In this document: in pieces, positions 28,514-42,090 of the stretch
Layout: each line of letters opens with the position of its first letter
Numbering within the stretch: the stretch's first letter is position 1
Assembly (NCBI GenBank): GCA_051294375.1
Contig: CM119264.1
Span: forward strand, 30,293,656 to 30,357,655
Direction: 5' to 3'
DNA length: 64,000 nucleotides
From: Paraspadella gotoi
Taxonomy: Eukaryota; Animalia; Chaetognatha
Translations under genes and position numbers: made by a program
The notes under the pieces: generated by a model
Databases searched by the model: none
What the model was told of the DNA's origin: nothing
Seen by the model: only the letters and a program-made list of their open reading frames with translations

Positions 28514-29000
28514 TCGCATAAGACGTTTTTAGAATTATTGACGGGGGGAACGCCGTCATCCCCACCCCGATTCGAAATCTTAGATAGGGTTACGGTCTCG
28601 CCCTCCGAAATCGAAGAAGATAAGACTATCTGCTGAAAAAATTGTTCTGATGCGCAACCGAGCAAAATCGTGAAGATGAGCCGGAAGGATGTGATAGAGG
28701 GAAAAAAAAATAATTAGGGATTAAAATGATTAAATGAATAAAGATATCATAAGTAATCTATCGGAGGATCGGGGTGTGGAGGGGTTGTGAGTTGGTGTGA
28801 AAGTGGTATGAATAGGTGTCCTAATATATGTGAGACGGGATGGCGATTGAGTTGGGGAGTAGAGAGAAGAGAGAGAAGAGTAAACGAGAGAGAGATGTTC
28901 AGCGAGAGAAGAAAGAGAAAGAGAAAGGAGAGAGTAGGGAGAGTATAGGAGCAAGTAGAATAGAAAGATGAAGGANNNNNNNNNNNNNNNNNNNNNNNNN

Positions 29001-32000
29001 TTTGCTTTCGTTTAGCAGTCCATATACCATTATTCTATCTTAATAGGTTTACTTTTTTGTAATTTAATGTATTTCTTCCTTTATTAAAAATGATATTTTA
29101 ATTGTTTCAAATAATTTAAATTAAAAAAAAATTATAACTATGCCCAAATATTTGAAAGCAAAAATCTAATATAAAGGACTTACCCTACCTAATATGAGGC
29201 TTTTCAAATACATATATTAGTAAGTTGATTATTCATGATTGATGTTTTGACATAGAAAAATAACATAATTTATCAAAATTAAATATATGAAAAATTGATA
29301 ACTTTGAATTTTGTTTTAGATAATAAACCATAATTATTAATTAATGTTCATGATGCTTTTAATAGCCTACTGGTCAGTTGTATCGATTCTCATTCGAATA
29401 TAATAATTTTATAACTTCTTTTATTTGTTTAAAATACTGACTGCTATCATTACCTTAGCTTTTTTTTGACAAAATCCAAAAATTAATGATAATTAAACAA
29501 TTATGTATGAAACAGACAAAAACTTTTTATTAAAATCACATGCCTAATTTAATTGTGAACTGAATCTATAATATTATCCTGGACAAACATTCAACTAAAG
29601 TTCTTTAAACAATCCCAACTAGACATTTTAAGGTTCGTCAAAATGTATAAATAATTGACATATTCGGACTGCTGTCAGCGTTGTAACCCTAATCAGTACA
29701 GCTTAGCCTCTTAATATGACATAAGGAGAAAAGCAGATAAATTTAAACAGTTTTTTATTGAAAGTGGGCATCAAAGTCTCTAATACATATTAACGTCAGC
29801 GGTATTATTTGTTAAGTTTAGTATATATTATAGTTCCTCCTCATAGGATTTTTAATTTTTGAAAGAACACATTTACTTTTCTTCTAGAATTTTTTGACAA
29901 GCAAAACGTTTCTTTAAATTACGCTAAACGGGAGGAATGTAAAAAAATTAAAAATTACAATGAGCTACCAATAGTTAGACGTTGAGTTTTGTCTAGAATA
30001 GAGAACAAAAAAACCTTGTTTAAAAAAATTCGCAGTTGGAAGTGCGTCGGGCGCGCCGAGCAGGGGCGTGGTCGGGTCGTGTGTGGTAAACTAAGGCTTA
30101 CCAACGGTATCCTCCGCTGTCGGTATCTTCTCAATTTTTTTAACTCTTATATTAACCACTTTTTTGAAAGGGAAAAATAAACGAAACTAGAACATTGCAG
30201 AATGAGGGGTGGCCCAAATTAAAGTGGGAGAAGAAAATCATGTACATATCGACATGAGTAATAATCGGGGCACAGTAAAGCAGAAACCTTTAAAAATTCA
30301 TCATTACAGCTCAGGTCAATAACAAGCCCTTTTAGCGAATTTTTATTTCTTAACTTTAAAATGGCATGATAAATAATTAGAATTAAATTTCCCTTATAAA
30401 GGTTGTTATAATTTTTTAAAGAAAAAATTAGGCAATACAATTCAACACAATGAATGTTCTTGCTTTTGTTCAAATATCCGTCAAGCAGTTAAGTAATTTT
30501 TTTTTAAAATTTGATTACGGAATAAAACAAGCAGTATATCAAAGCTTTTGCTTTGCAGTTGAAAAAGATAATTGGAAAAATGATTATTTTTTTTTCACAG
30601 ACCAAGGAATGTTAGACGTCCAGACTGTGTTTACACTGTTATATCAAGCTGAACAAATTTATTATTTATATTTTTCATATTTAAAAAAACATTTATCAAG
30701 CTACTACAAATTTTTGCTTAGTTTTTTATTTTAAACTTCTAAAAAATACAAGCAAATTTATTAAAGTTGAATTATATAAAGTTTGAAAAAAAATTTTAAT
30801 GGATAATTAAAATGTAATTCAGAACTTTCCTCCTTTCAATGTACAAAAGAAAAAACCAAAAAATTTCATATGCCTTCATGAAAAAATTTGGTAATGCAAA
30901 AAACGTTATACTTTTAACTCGTATCTTTAAATAAAAATGCTGTAAAGTATTTATGGATAAAATTTAATATAATAAAAACTGTTATAGGAAATGCACTGTT
31001 TCCATGATTAGGGCTTTTAATTTGATTACCACACCCACCTTGCTCCCCTTCTTTTTTTCAAAAGATATCCGAATGACAATAACTTTTTTTTATTACTTTT
31101 TGCACTTGCAGTGTTTTTTTTTTTTAAAACAACCTAACTTTGCGCCTTAAAAATAGTCGAGTTCATAAGTTATTGTTTTAAAACTTTAAATTTTTCTTGT
31201 CCAAGGATAATATAATATCACTCCAAAAAATTTTAAAGTAGGCCATTTAGCATCTGATTTAAAAAAAAAAAGTTTCGTCTGTTTCATACATAATTTTTAA
31301 TATCAGTAATTTTTGGATTTTGTCAAAAGTAAGTAAGGTGTTGTATAGCAGTCCAGTATTAACTAAAAAATAAAAAGAAGTTTATCAAATTATTATAATT
31401 GAAAAGGATACAACTACCAGTAGCTAATTTTAAAACATCATGAAACAAAATAATTAATAAAAATTATGGTTTATTATGCTAAAAAAAATTCAAAAGTTAT
31501 TCAATTTTTTCATATATTTAATTATTTAAATATTTATTTTCTATTATCAAACAATAATTCATAATAAAAACATTTACTTTATATGATTTTGAAAGCCTAT
31601 ATTAGGAGGTAAGTCCATTTATAATATAAAATTTTTCTTCTCTCATTTGGCACATAGTTTATAAAAATTTTTTTTTTTTAATTTAATTACTGAAAAAAAA
31701 TTAAAATAATATTTTAATATAAGAAAAATTAATTACAAATAAAACTATTAAAGATAGAATAATGTTTTTATGGACTCAAACGAAAGGAAAATATTGTTAT
31801 ATGATTATGGAATGAGCATGCATGAATATTTCATTTAAAAAAATTTAAACCATTTTAATTTTTTTTATTCTACTTTATTGATTTATATAGCTAATTTTAA
31901 TATAATATAAAAAACTGTCATTAGGAAAAATTTGTTTACCTTGTGTATTAGCCCAAATGTTCTGCGAAAACGTATCCCGGGACAAAATCTCATTCTTGTT

Positions 32001-32041
32001 GCACTCCATGCCGATTAAATCGAGTAAAAAAGGAAACCGTG
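29001..32041. mobile_element. Long-TIR non-autonomous element, left end lost in a gap
   Basis: ~29001-29645 is an inverted repeat of ~31138-31790 (e.g. tttgacaaaatccaaaaatt / aatttttggattttgtcaaa). The interior is homologous in reverse to ~53690-54680. The right boundary is inferred at ...aaaccgtg, where the 22-bp minisatellite resumes. Confidence 0.65.
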
Positions 32042-35000
32042 TCGGGTTTTGCCAAGTCCCTTTATAATGGGTGAGTTTTGCCATTCGTTTTATACAGAGT
32101 CACTGAGCCATATCACGGGTTTGCAAGTCGGTTTATTCGAGTTTATTATATGCCATTCGTTTGTATCACGTTTTTGCAAGTCATTTTATGGAGTTTTGCC
32201 ATTCTTTTATCAGGGTTTTGCCATTATCGAAGTTTGCCATTTGGTTTTATACTTTATTTGCGGCTTTTGCCATTCCATTTTAATCGGAGTTTTACGGGCC
32301 AATTTCCTTTTATCAAGTTTTTCTGCCATTCAGTTTTTATTTAGGTTTGCCATTCAATTTTATGGATCTGTCATACGTTATATTATGTTGTGCAAATTTG
32401 TTTTTATCGAATTTTTGAATTTGTTTTATCGGATTTTGCCATTAGTTTTAATGAGTTTTGCACATTTGTGATGGTTTTATGGCTTCCCGCAAATGAAAAA
32501 TAAAAAACCCGAGATCCAGAAGATTTACGGCCTCATAATCTTCACGTTTTTCCTTTCCTCGTCTCTATCCTTTTTTTAGCCAAGCTTTTCATTTTTTATT
32601 CGATTTAAATAAAATTGTGAATACCATGGAGCGAAAGTGCGACTGACGAGAGACCTAAGATGGAAGAGAGAGACGAGGAACAGAGAACGGAGATGGAAGA
32701 GAGAGAGAGTAGAGAGACGTTGGCAGGGACTGAGAGAGAGAGAGACGAGAGCCCTATTTTGAGAGCTTTTGCCGGTTCTTCGTTAAAAGGAAAAAGAGAC
32801 TTAACCTTACAAATCTGTTCCCATGTCAAAAGTATGGTGGGAATGTTAAGGAGTCAATGAGAGAGGACGAGAGAACGAGCTCGGAGTGAGATTATGATTG
32901 CCCTGAGAGATTGAGATCGCAAGAGAGACTGAAGAAGACGAGACGAGTGGAGAAAGAGAGTTGAGAGCGAATGAAGAGAGAGAGAGATGAAAGATAAGGA
33001 AGAGGAGGATATAGAGCTATTGAGGAAGAGACGCCGAGGAGACGACAGAAGCCACGAGTAGAATGAAGACCGTAGAGACGATATGAGGATACTTCGGACA
33101 GGACGACGCGAGACGGCAGTGTGTCTCGGTTTCTCTGTATCCTGTTATTACGAGGGCTTGGAACGCGGACCGAAAGGGTGATTTATTGCCCAAAGTGATG
33201 TAAAATCATTTCGGATTGTCGGATCTTTCGAAGCGAAGAGAAGTTAAAAGAGAAGAGCAAGTAAAAGAGGAAGAGAAGTAAAAGAGGAAGTAGAGTAAAA
33301 GAGAGAAATACACAGAGTAAAAGTAGGAAACGGAAAGTAAGTAGAGAAGAGCAGCTAAAAGAGTAAGTAAGTAAGTAAAGAAAAAGGAATAAGATAAAGG
33401 AGCAGTGCAGAAATGCAAAGAGAGAAGTAGATAAAGGAGGAAGAGATAGGTAAAAAGAGGAAAGAGAAGTAAAAGAGGAGAGCGTAAGTAAAAGAGGGCA
33501 AGTATGAAGTAAAAAGAGGAAAAGAGAGAAAAGAGAAAGAGAAGTAAAGAGGAAGAGAAGTAAAAAGAGGAAGAGAAAGTTAAAGTATAAGAAGTAAAGT
33601 GGAAGAGAAGTAAAAAGAGAAGAAAGAAGTAAAGAAGAGGAAGAGAAGTAAAGAGGAAGTAGTAAGAGAAAAGAGAGAAGAAGTGACTTTAGGTTTGAAA
33701 GAGAAAAAGCAATAAAAGAGAAGGAGGGTGATTCGTTGCTTCAATCGACTGAATTTGGCAACAACTTGGGTTATGACTGGTTGAATGGTCACTGGCACTT
33801 TCGGTTGTGTGTGGCTTGGTCGGGGTCGCTGGTCGTCTGTGTGGTTTGGGTGGTCGTTTGTGGTGGGCTGATTGAGATTTTGTGTGTGGACTTTTTTGGC
33901 TTGGGTAAGTGGTTGTGATTTTACTTTTGGGTTGGATAAGGTGGTGTAAGTGGTATTACTGTTTTTATGTATCTTTTTGGTTTGGTCGGTTATGGTGCGT
34001 GTTGTGGCCTGTTATGAAGATCGCTATAGCATGTCTACCGTTCCTGTCGTTGATGCCGGTCGCTTTCAATTGATTAATACATTCAGCTACATGACCATTA
34101 AGGTCCACGGGATCGTGTCCCAATGATATCGGGACAGCACTCCGCGTTGAGCGAGACAAGCTAGTCTTTTTTATTAAGCTGACTTGCGGATCGTTGAACT
34201 CCCATGGTCCCCACACTAGCGACTCGGCTATAGCAGCCGCCCGACTGTATCTTCGACCCGACTCTCTGAGATACGGACAAAATGACTCCAACGACTACTG
34301 TGCCAGTCCGCACCGCCGCTGTCTACGTGATCCTACCGCTCACACGTGATGTCCACAACCAGCGATAGCGACCAACTGGCATCGCGCGTGGCCGCACCAA
34401 CTACTGTGGGTGAGCTATCCCACTCCACACCTACACGCGCCGGCACCCCCGTATCGCCACAATGCTGTTCCCATCCATAACCGGTCTCACACCTGTACCG
34501 AAGTATCAAGCGATCCTTTCATAAATCATAACTGATCATCACACTCACGCTACCCCTGACACGGTCCAGCCAGCGCGGTTTGGAAAGTCCCTTCAAGCTC
34601 TGGTCCAAGCCAGGACCCCGTTCCGATCGTCTGCAAGAGGGGGTTAGAGAAGTGTGGATAGTCATCTCTAAGCCCATTGCCGCCTTATCACTTGCGTTTT
34701 TCGTGTGATCCTTGTGTGCTCAGTGTTGAGTGGTTCATATTAGCGGGTCAGAGCTCGTTGAGAGAAGTTGGTCCAAAGCGATTTTCTTCTTCCCATGCAT
34801 GGACTGACTGATCCCTGCAAAACTTTAGACCGGAACGCTCGGATGTTCGAAATTCGAGCGCAACGAATAATATGTTTTCGACTGAAAATCGTGAGGATGG
34901 GGATGGATAGGGTAGGGTGATGGGGTGAGAGGTAGCTGGTGAGTGAGTGATGTGGTGGAAGGTTCATATTGATGTGTAGAACGGTGGCAGGAAGGGGATG

Positions 35001-35566
35001 AGGAAGGGTGGAAAATGAAGATCGGTAGGAACGATGGAATATAGGATAGAGAGAGATAAGAGGAGGAGAGAGAGGAGAGGAGAGGAGAGAGAGAGAGAGA
35101 GAGAAGAGAAGAGAAGGATAGAGGTAAGGGAGAGAGAAGTGAGAGAGAGGCGAAGTAGAGATGAAGAGGTGTTGAATTTGAAAATGAATTAAAAAGTTGT
35201 TGATAAATGGGACGAAATTCGGATTCTGGTATCCGTGGTAAGTGAGGTGCGGGGAAAAGACTGGTTTTGTTGTATGTGTTGTTGTTGTGTGAATGAGAAA
35301 AACAGGGTTTTTCTTCTCGTAAGGAAAGAAATCGGTAAAAATGTGGCTGCGACACCTATATGTGGTAAATTATATATTATAATATATAAGAGAGAGAACA
35401 GAGGAAGAGTGAAGAGAAGAGCTAAAATATAATAATATATGTATATATATACTATATATATGACCCGTTAAAACTATTCCTACATTATCTTTTTAACTGT
35501 CATTTAGTATATATCCTCACATTTAACCACCCCTCTCTCCTCTACTCTCTCTCTCTCTTCTCTCTC

Positions 35567-35607
<41 letters not shown>

Positions 35608-36119
35608 TTCTCTCTCTCCATTCCCTCCATTGACGACTCCATGACGACCTCTTCGACCTTCAAAAGTGGCCGTTACACTTTCATGATCATTCTTCTCTTT
35701 TATCTGGATCTGGTTCCCTTTTTACTCCTTCCTTTTTCTTTTTTTTTAATTCTCTTTTATTTCCCTTCTATTTTTCATTTTTTTTTCTTCTTTTTTTCTT
35801 TTTTATTCTCTTCCCCTCCTTCTTTCTTTCTTTCCTTTTTTCCCGTTGTCCCTCCCGACCTTAAAATCCATCTCGATTCCTCAGGCGTCCCTTTTGTTTT
35901 CTTTATGGTTCGTAGAACCAACGCTAGGCGGAGCGACCGACGAGGAATATAAGTGTATTTTTTTTTCCTACTTGGTTTTAAATATTTCTCTTTTTTTCGT
36001 TTTTGATGTAATAAAACGAGAAGAAAATCGGGCTCGCTTTTTCCTGAGCCGTCCATTTCTGTTTTTGGCTCTCTTTTCCCAGAGCGTTCCAAATCTGTTC
36101 CTTTTTCTCGAATTTCAAT

Positions 36120-36280
36120 TCTAACCTCTGTTCTTAAACTTAAAAACTAATTCATAACTCCTAATCCCTAACCCTAATTCGGGAACCTAACCTAATCTTA
36201 AACTCTAACCCTAACCTCTAATTTGTAACCCTAACCCCTAACCATAAACTCTAGTCCCTAACCCCAATCACTAACCTCTA
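36120..36280. repeat. Degenerate (CCCTAA/CCTAA)-like repeat; copy at ~41670-41830
   Basis: ctaaccctaacc...taaccctaacccctaacc. Confidence 0.6.
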
Positions 36281-36456
36281 CGCGCCACCTTATCTTTGTT
36301 CTAATCTTTATTATCTGCTCCGAATTAAACCCCACTTCTTTCTCCACTCCCCCCCTCAGAACACCGCTCTTTCTTCAATCAATTTAAAACAAACAAAACA
36401 AAACAAAACAAATTAAATTAATTTTAAAATAAAATTGATGATTATTTTTCTCTCAG

Positions 36457-36544
36457 TCGTCGTCTTCATCATCGTCCTGCATCTCAAGAAGGAAAGTCTC
36501 GACGGAAAAAGGAGGAAGAATCCGCCGACGAAATTCACACCAAA
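36457..36544 (+). CDS. Exon encoding the end of a transmembrane helix plus a basic juxtamembrane segment (copy 1)
   Basis: Acceptor tttttctctcag. Consensus of three copies reads (x)VVFIIVLHLKKES(Q)RRKRRKNPRRIPPK then gtaag: a hydrophobic run followed by an R/K cluster. Confidence 0.55.
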
Positions 36545-37896
36545 GTAAGGAACTTGAAAAAAGGTAAGGATTAAAAGAGAGAACTAATTCACCAGGTAAG
36601 ACTTGAAAAAGCTAAGGATTTAAAAGAGAAAAATTCCACCAAAGGTCAAAGGACTTGAAAAAGCTAGGATTAAAAGTGAAACTAATTCCACCAAAGGTAA
36701 GGACCATTCTGAAAAAGCTAAGGTTAGTAAAAGAAGAAACTAATTCAAAGCAAAGGTAAGGACTTGAAAAAGCTCTAAGGATTAAAAGAGAAACTAATTC
36801 CACCAAAGGTAAGACTTGAAAAAGGTAAGGACTTTGAAAAAGGTAAGAATAAAAGAGAAACTAATTCTACCCAAAAAGTAAGAACTTGAAAAAGGCTAAG
36901 GATTAAAAGAGAACAATTCCACCAACACAGGTAAGGACGTGAAAAAGCTAAGGATAAAAGAGGAGAACTAATTCCACCAAAGGTAAGGACTTGAAAAAAG
37001 AAAGGATTTAAAAGAGAATACAATTCCACACCAAAGGTAAGGAGCTTGAAAAAGCTAAGGATTAAAAGAGAACAACTAATTCCACAAAGGTTAAGGACTC
37101 TTGTGAAAAAGCTAAGGATTAAAAGAGAAACTAATTCCACCAAAGGTAAAGGACTGAAAAGGTAAGGCTTAAAAGAGAAACTAATTCCACGCAAAGTAAG
37201 GACTTGAAAAAGCCTAAGGATTAAAAAGAGAAACTAATTCCATCCAAAGGTAAGGACTTGAAAATAGCTAAGGATTAAAAGAGAAACTAATTCACGCAAC
37301 GCTAAGGACTGAAAAAAGGTAAGACTTGAAAAAGGTAAGCGATTAAAAGAAAAAACTATTCCACAAAGTAAGACTTGCAAAATGTAAGGATTAAAAGAGA
37401 AACTAATTCCCACCAAAGGTAAGGACTGAAAAAGATAAGGATTAAAAGAGAAACTAATTCCACAAAGGTAAGGACTTGAAAAAGGTAAGGATGTAAAAGA
37501 GAAACTAATTCCACACAAGTAAGGACTTGAAAAAGGTAAGGATTAAAAGCAGAAACTAATTCCAATACCAAAGGTAAGCGACTTTGAAAAAAGCTAAGGA
37601 TTAAAAGAGAATACTAATTCCACCAAAGGTAAGGACTGAAAAAGCTAAGATTAAAAAGAGAAACTAATCCACCAAGGAGACTAGAAAAAGTAAGGAAAAG
37701 AACTATCAAGAAATGCAAAGGCTAAGGATTTAAAGAAGAAACAATCTCACAAAGGTAAGGTCTTGAAAGGCTAAAGGATTAAAACAGAAACTAATTCCCC
37801 AAATGGTAAGGGACTTGACAAAGCTAAGGATTAAAAGAGAAACTAATTCACCAAAGGTAAGACTTGAAAAAGGTAAGGATTAAAGAGAACTAATTA
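36530..37896 (+). repeat. 51-bp tandem satellite, ~27 units (CCACCAAAGGTAAGGACTTGAAAAAGCTAAGGATTAAAAGAGAAACTAATT)
   Basis: Directly visible tandem periodicity; the first unit overlaps the exon end and donor. Confidence 0.95.
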
Positions 37897-38933
37897 AAGA
37901 TGAAAGAATAACGAGACTCTGTCGGCTTAATAAAATTAAATATTGACTCGAATCGATTCAACGAACGAAGCGATGGAAGAGAAAGCGTGACGAGTCCTGG
38001 CGGAACGGCATTGAGGCATCGAGGTATCGCAGGGAACATTGAGGCATTTCTAGCATCGCAGAGGAAACGAAAGTATGGATCATTTAAGCATTATTAGGCG
38101 TGGAAGCGTTGAGCCTAGGCATGGAGGCCATTGTATGTAAGAAGAAAAGGAGAGCATTGAATATGATGGCTTTTGGGTATTACTATGTGATGGGTACGTA
38201 GCAAATAGAAAAACAAGCCAAAAGCCAATGATCAGCTTGGGCATTAGCATTTGTTTAAGGCGATCATAAATCTCTAAAAAATAGATTAAAGGGGAAAAAA
38301 CCGTTTAAAAAAGTCTTTTCAATATTTAAGGATAAAAGGATTCTTTTGTGTGAAGCGTTGAACGAGGGTCAAACGATTCACCCTTTAGTTGCTGTGAAAA
38401 GTGGAAATTAATTCTTCTGTGAACCGGATCGCGTCCGCGCAACGTCGTGAACGACGCACAGTCGCTTTATCACTAATGGCGGAGAAGAAGAAGGAAAGCG
38501 GAGAGAGGGAGCGGAGAAGAGGAGGAAGAGTCGTTTACAGACAATGATAGTGGAAATGAATGAAAAACTGAGGAGGAAGATGAGGAGAGAGAGAGAGTAG
38601 ACGAAGATGAGAAGAATGAGAGACAGAGAGGATGAGAGAGAGAAGAGAGAGCAGCGAGAGAGAGAGAGAGAGAGAGAGGAAATGCTAATAAACCAATAGA
38701 AGGCGAGAGGATAGATATAACAACAAAAAGAGTGAGCGCGAAGATGCCGAGTGGTCGTCTCCGTGCGTGCGTGTCCGTCCGTCGTTCCGTGTCTCGTGAT
38801 CCGTCCGTGTCACGGTCCGTCCGTCCGCCTATGATAGAAATGAAATTAATATAAGTTAAACTATAAATATCTAAGAAACTCAAAAATACAAAAATAAAAA
38901 AAACATAGCCAGGTTATCTTTCTCGTATTCCAG

Positions 38934-39110
38934 TTACAGTGAGAACGGCTTACTTCCTGTCGCTCGCCTGCCGTAACCGAGGCATACACGGTTTACCCTA
39001 TCTAACTGGAATATGAAACAACTCGACGTTTTCTTTGCACAAGAATTTGAGTGCAAGAGAAATCCAATACCGTGCAAGATAGAACCCAACATGGAGGACG
39101 CGACTATCAG
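38934..39110 (+). CDS. Degraded duplicate of Ig exon 44428-44587
   Basis: Same sequence (aaacaactcgacgttttctttgcac...atggaggacgcgactatcag|gtcgg) with indels. Confidence 0.5.
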
Positions 39111-39671
39111 GTCGGATTCAATAGAATTGCAAAATGACCGTTTGGCAAGTTTGATTCCAGTTTCTTCTACTTTAGGATTCTGATCAAAATTGATAATAAC
39201 GTATTTAAGCAATTTTTAAATTAACCATAATGCTAGTAATTGAATCGGTTGATAGTCCACTACGATAATACATTGTCTCTAACTTTTAAAGTCTGTTTCA
39301 ACTCGTCCTCGTATTATAAATTAGTTTTTTTTAGTTTGTTTCAAAAATTGTCATTTTATAAGGCATGTAAGATTTAGACATTATTTAAAAAATTTCATAG
39401 TGTAATAATCTGTTCGTTTCGCGGTTGTGTTAGTTGCCTTTAGCAAAGACGGAAACTTTGATTTCTTTAACCAACGAAAATGTGTCATTAAATATTAATG
39501 TATTTTTCTTTCAATGTAAAAGCTTAAGAATTAAAATTTGTTTAATTTATGTCAAGCGAAAGGGACAAGTATTAAACAATGAGAATTAAAACAGTTTGTT
39601 CTTGAGCTTCGATTCACTGTGAAATTTCTTCACCCCTAATATTCATAAAATGTGAATCGTCCGGTTCGCAG

Positions 39672-39815
39672 GTTATTTTGCTTCCGAGTGACAAATCAAC
39701 CCAGCCGAATGCTGGTCGTCAAACGATTTCGATGCTGGCTCTGACTAGTTCAAGAAGATCAAATGGTTGCACAGGAGAGAAGGGCGCAAGAAGATGCCAG
39801 TTGCGCTTTGTCCAA
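39672..39815 (+). CDS. Heavily degraded duplicate of Ig exon 45109-45234
   Basis: Recognisable homology (aagatcaaatggttgcac...gaagg...ttgcgctt..ccaagta) with many indels. Confidence 0.4.
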
Positions 39816-39886
39816 GTAGAAGGGGAATAGAGTCATNNNNNNNNNNNNNNNNNNNNNNNNNAAATTGATGATTATTTTTCTCTCAG

Positions 39887-39959
39887 TCGTCGTCTTCATC
39901 TAACGAAGGAAAGTCAGCGACGGAAAAGGAGGAAGAATCCACGACGAATTCCACCAAAG
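39887..39959 (+). CDS. TM-end/juxtamembrane exon, copy 2
   Basis: ttttctctcag|tcgtcgtcttcatc...cgacggaaaaggaggaagaatccacgacgaattccaccaaag|gtaagg, encoding KESQRRKRRKNPRRIPPK. Confidence 0.5.
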
Positions 39960-42015
39960 GTAAGGACTTGAAAAAGCTAAGGATTAAAAAAAGAGAGAGA
40001 GATCGCGCTGGGAAAGTCCCTTCAAAGTCGTTGGTTCCAAGCCCAGGAACCCGTTCTGAATTCGGTCTGCAAGAGGGGGTTAGAGAAGCTGTGGATAGTT
40101 CATCTCTAAGCCCATTTGGCGCCTTTATCCACTTTGGTTTTTTTGTTTGATCCTTGTTGGCGGTTGAGTGGTTCATATAGGTGGTCAGATGTGTTAGAAA
40201 GTTGGTCTAAATGCGATTTTTCCTTCCGCATGCATGTGACTGATTGATCCTCTTGCAATCAATTTAGACGAAATCGACTCGGATGTTCGAATTTCGAGCG
40301 CAACGAATATATATGTTTCGTACTGAATAATCGTTAGGATGGATATGTGATTATGGGTAGGGGTTGATGGGTGTGTGAGGGTGGTGAGTGGTGATGTGGT
40401 GGAAGGGTTTCTATTAGATGTGAGAACCGTGGTGGCTGAGATGAAAGAGAGAGAGGGTATAGTAGAGAGAGAGTAGAGATGGATGAGAGAAATGAGAGGG
40501 ATGACGGTAGAGAGACGCATGGAGATGATGAGAGAAATAAGAGAGAGATAAGAGATGATGTGAGGAGAGAGGAGAGGAGAGGAGAGAGAGAGAGAAGAGA
40601 GAAGAGAGAGAGAAGGATAGAGATGATGATAGAAGAGATTGAGAGAGAGAGAGATGAGATGGATGATGATGAGAGGCAGATGAGTAAGAGAAGTAGAGAG
40701 AGGGATGTTGAATTTGAGAAAATTGAATTAAGACAAGTTGTTGATAAATTGGGAACGAAAATTCGATCTATCCGGGAAGTGAGCGGGTGAAAAGACTGGT
40801 TGTTGTTGTTGTGTTGGTTGTTGTTGTGAGAAAAAAGGTTTGTCGTCGTACAGGAAAGAAATTCGATAAAATGTGGCCTGGACCTGTATGATGGAATATA
40901 TATATTATATATAATATTAGAGAGAGAAGAAAAGGGAAGTGACAGAGAAGAGGAGCATAAAATATCAATATTATATGTATAATAGATAATATATTGAGTC
41001 CCAGTTGTAAACCTATTCCTACATTATACTTTTTTTGATGTCATATGTATAATACCTCACATTTACACCCCCTCTTCTACTCCTCTACTCCGTCTCTCAT
41101 CTCTCTCTCTCTCCGTCCTCTCATCTCTCTCTTTACTTTTCATCTCCTTGTCTCGTCTCTCCTCCTTCCATTGCCAGACACCTTCGAGTCTTATTAAAAT
41201 TAAGTGGCCGTTACATACTTTTCATGCATCATTCTTCTCTCCTTTTATCTGGATCGTTGTTCCGCTTTTTACTCTTCCTTTTCTCTTTTTTTTTTAATCC
41301 TCCCTCTCTTTATTTCCCTTCCTACTTTTTTTTCCCATTTTTTTTTTATCCTTCTTTTTTCGTTTCTTAAGTATTCTCTTCCCTCCTCTTCTTTCTTTCC
41401 TTTTTTTTCCCGTTGTCCTCCGACCTTAAACTCCATTCGTCGATTGCCTCAGGCGTCCTTTGTTTGTTCTTTATGTTCGTAGACCGACGCTAGGCGGAGG
41501 CGACCGACGAGGAATATAAGTGTTTTTTTTTGCCTACGTTTTAAATATTTCCTCTTTTTTCGTTTGATGTAATAAACGCGAAAAAAATCGGCCGCGTTTC
41601 TGAGCCGTCCATATTCTGTTTGGCTCTCTTTTCCCGAGCGTTTCGCAAAATTCCTTTTCTCGAATTTCAATTTCTAACCTCTGTTCGTTAAACTTAAAAA
41701 CTAATTCATAACTCCTATCCGTAACCTAATTCGGGAACCTAACCTACACTAACTCTAACCCTAACCTCATCAATTTTGTAACCCTACCCCTAACATAAAA
41801 CTCTAGTCCCAACCACAATCCACTAACGCTCTACGCGCCAACCTTAATCTTTGTTCTATCTCTTATTATCTGCTCCGAATTAAACCCCCTACTCTTTCTC
41901 AACCCCCCCGTGCAGAGACACTGCTCTTTCTCATCAATGTAAATATCAAACATTTAAAACAAAAAACAAACAAATTAATTTAATTTAGAAATAAAATTGA
42001 TGATTATTTTCTCAG

Positions 42016-42090
42016 TCGTCGTCTGCATCTCAAGACGGAAAGTCTGACGACGGAAAAAGGAGGAAGAAGTACCCGACGATTCCACCAAAG
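42016..42090 (+). CDS. TM-end/juxtamembrane exon, copy 3
   Basis: Same acceptor and exon sequence with indels, followed by the 51-bp satellite. Confidence 0.45.

Larger units (their letters stand above)
26530..35160. repeat. Duplication of ~26530-28975 at ~32042-35160
   Basis: Shared 22-bp minisatellite, atggcttcccgcaaatgaaa, a 17-bp GAAGAGAAGTAAAAGAG array and ctgaatttggcaacaacttgggttatgactg. Confidence 0.85.

Noticed and set aside
34140-34570. ~430 bp present in one duplicate but not at ~28255-28290
   Set aside because: No TIR, TSD or ORF and a random-looking composition; most likely a low-quality long-read segment. Similar inflation is seen at 59640-60200.
36120-36280. Telomere or chromosome-fusion site
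   Set aside because: Short, highly degenerate and single-orientation; fits a generic CCCTAA-like simple repeat.
36530-37896. CRISPR-like regular repeat array
   Set aside because: Units are head-to-tail with no unique spacers, no cas genes are present, and the context is eukaryotic.
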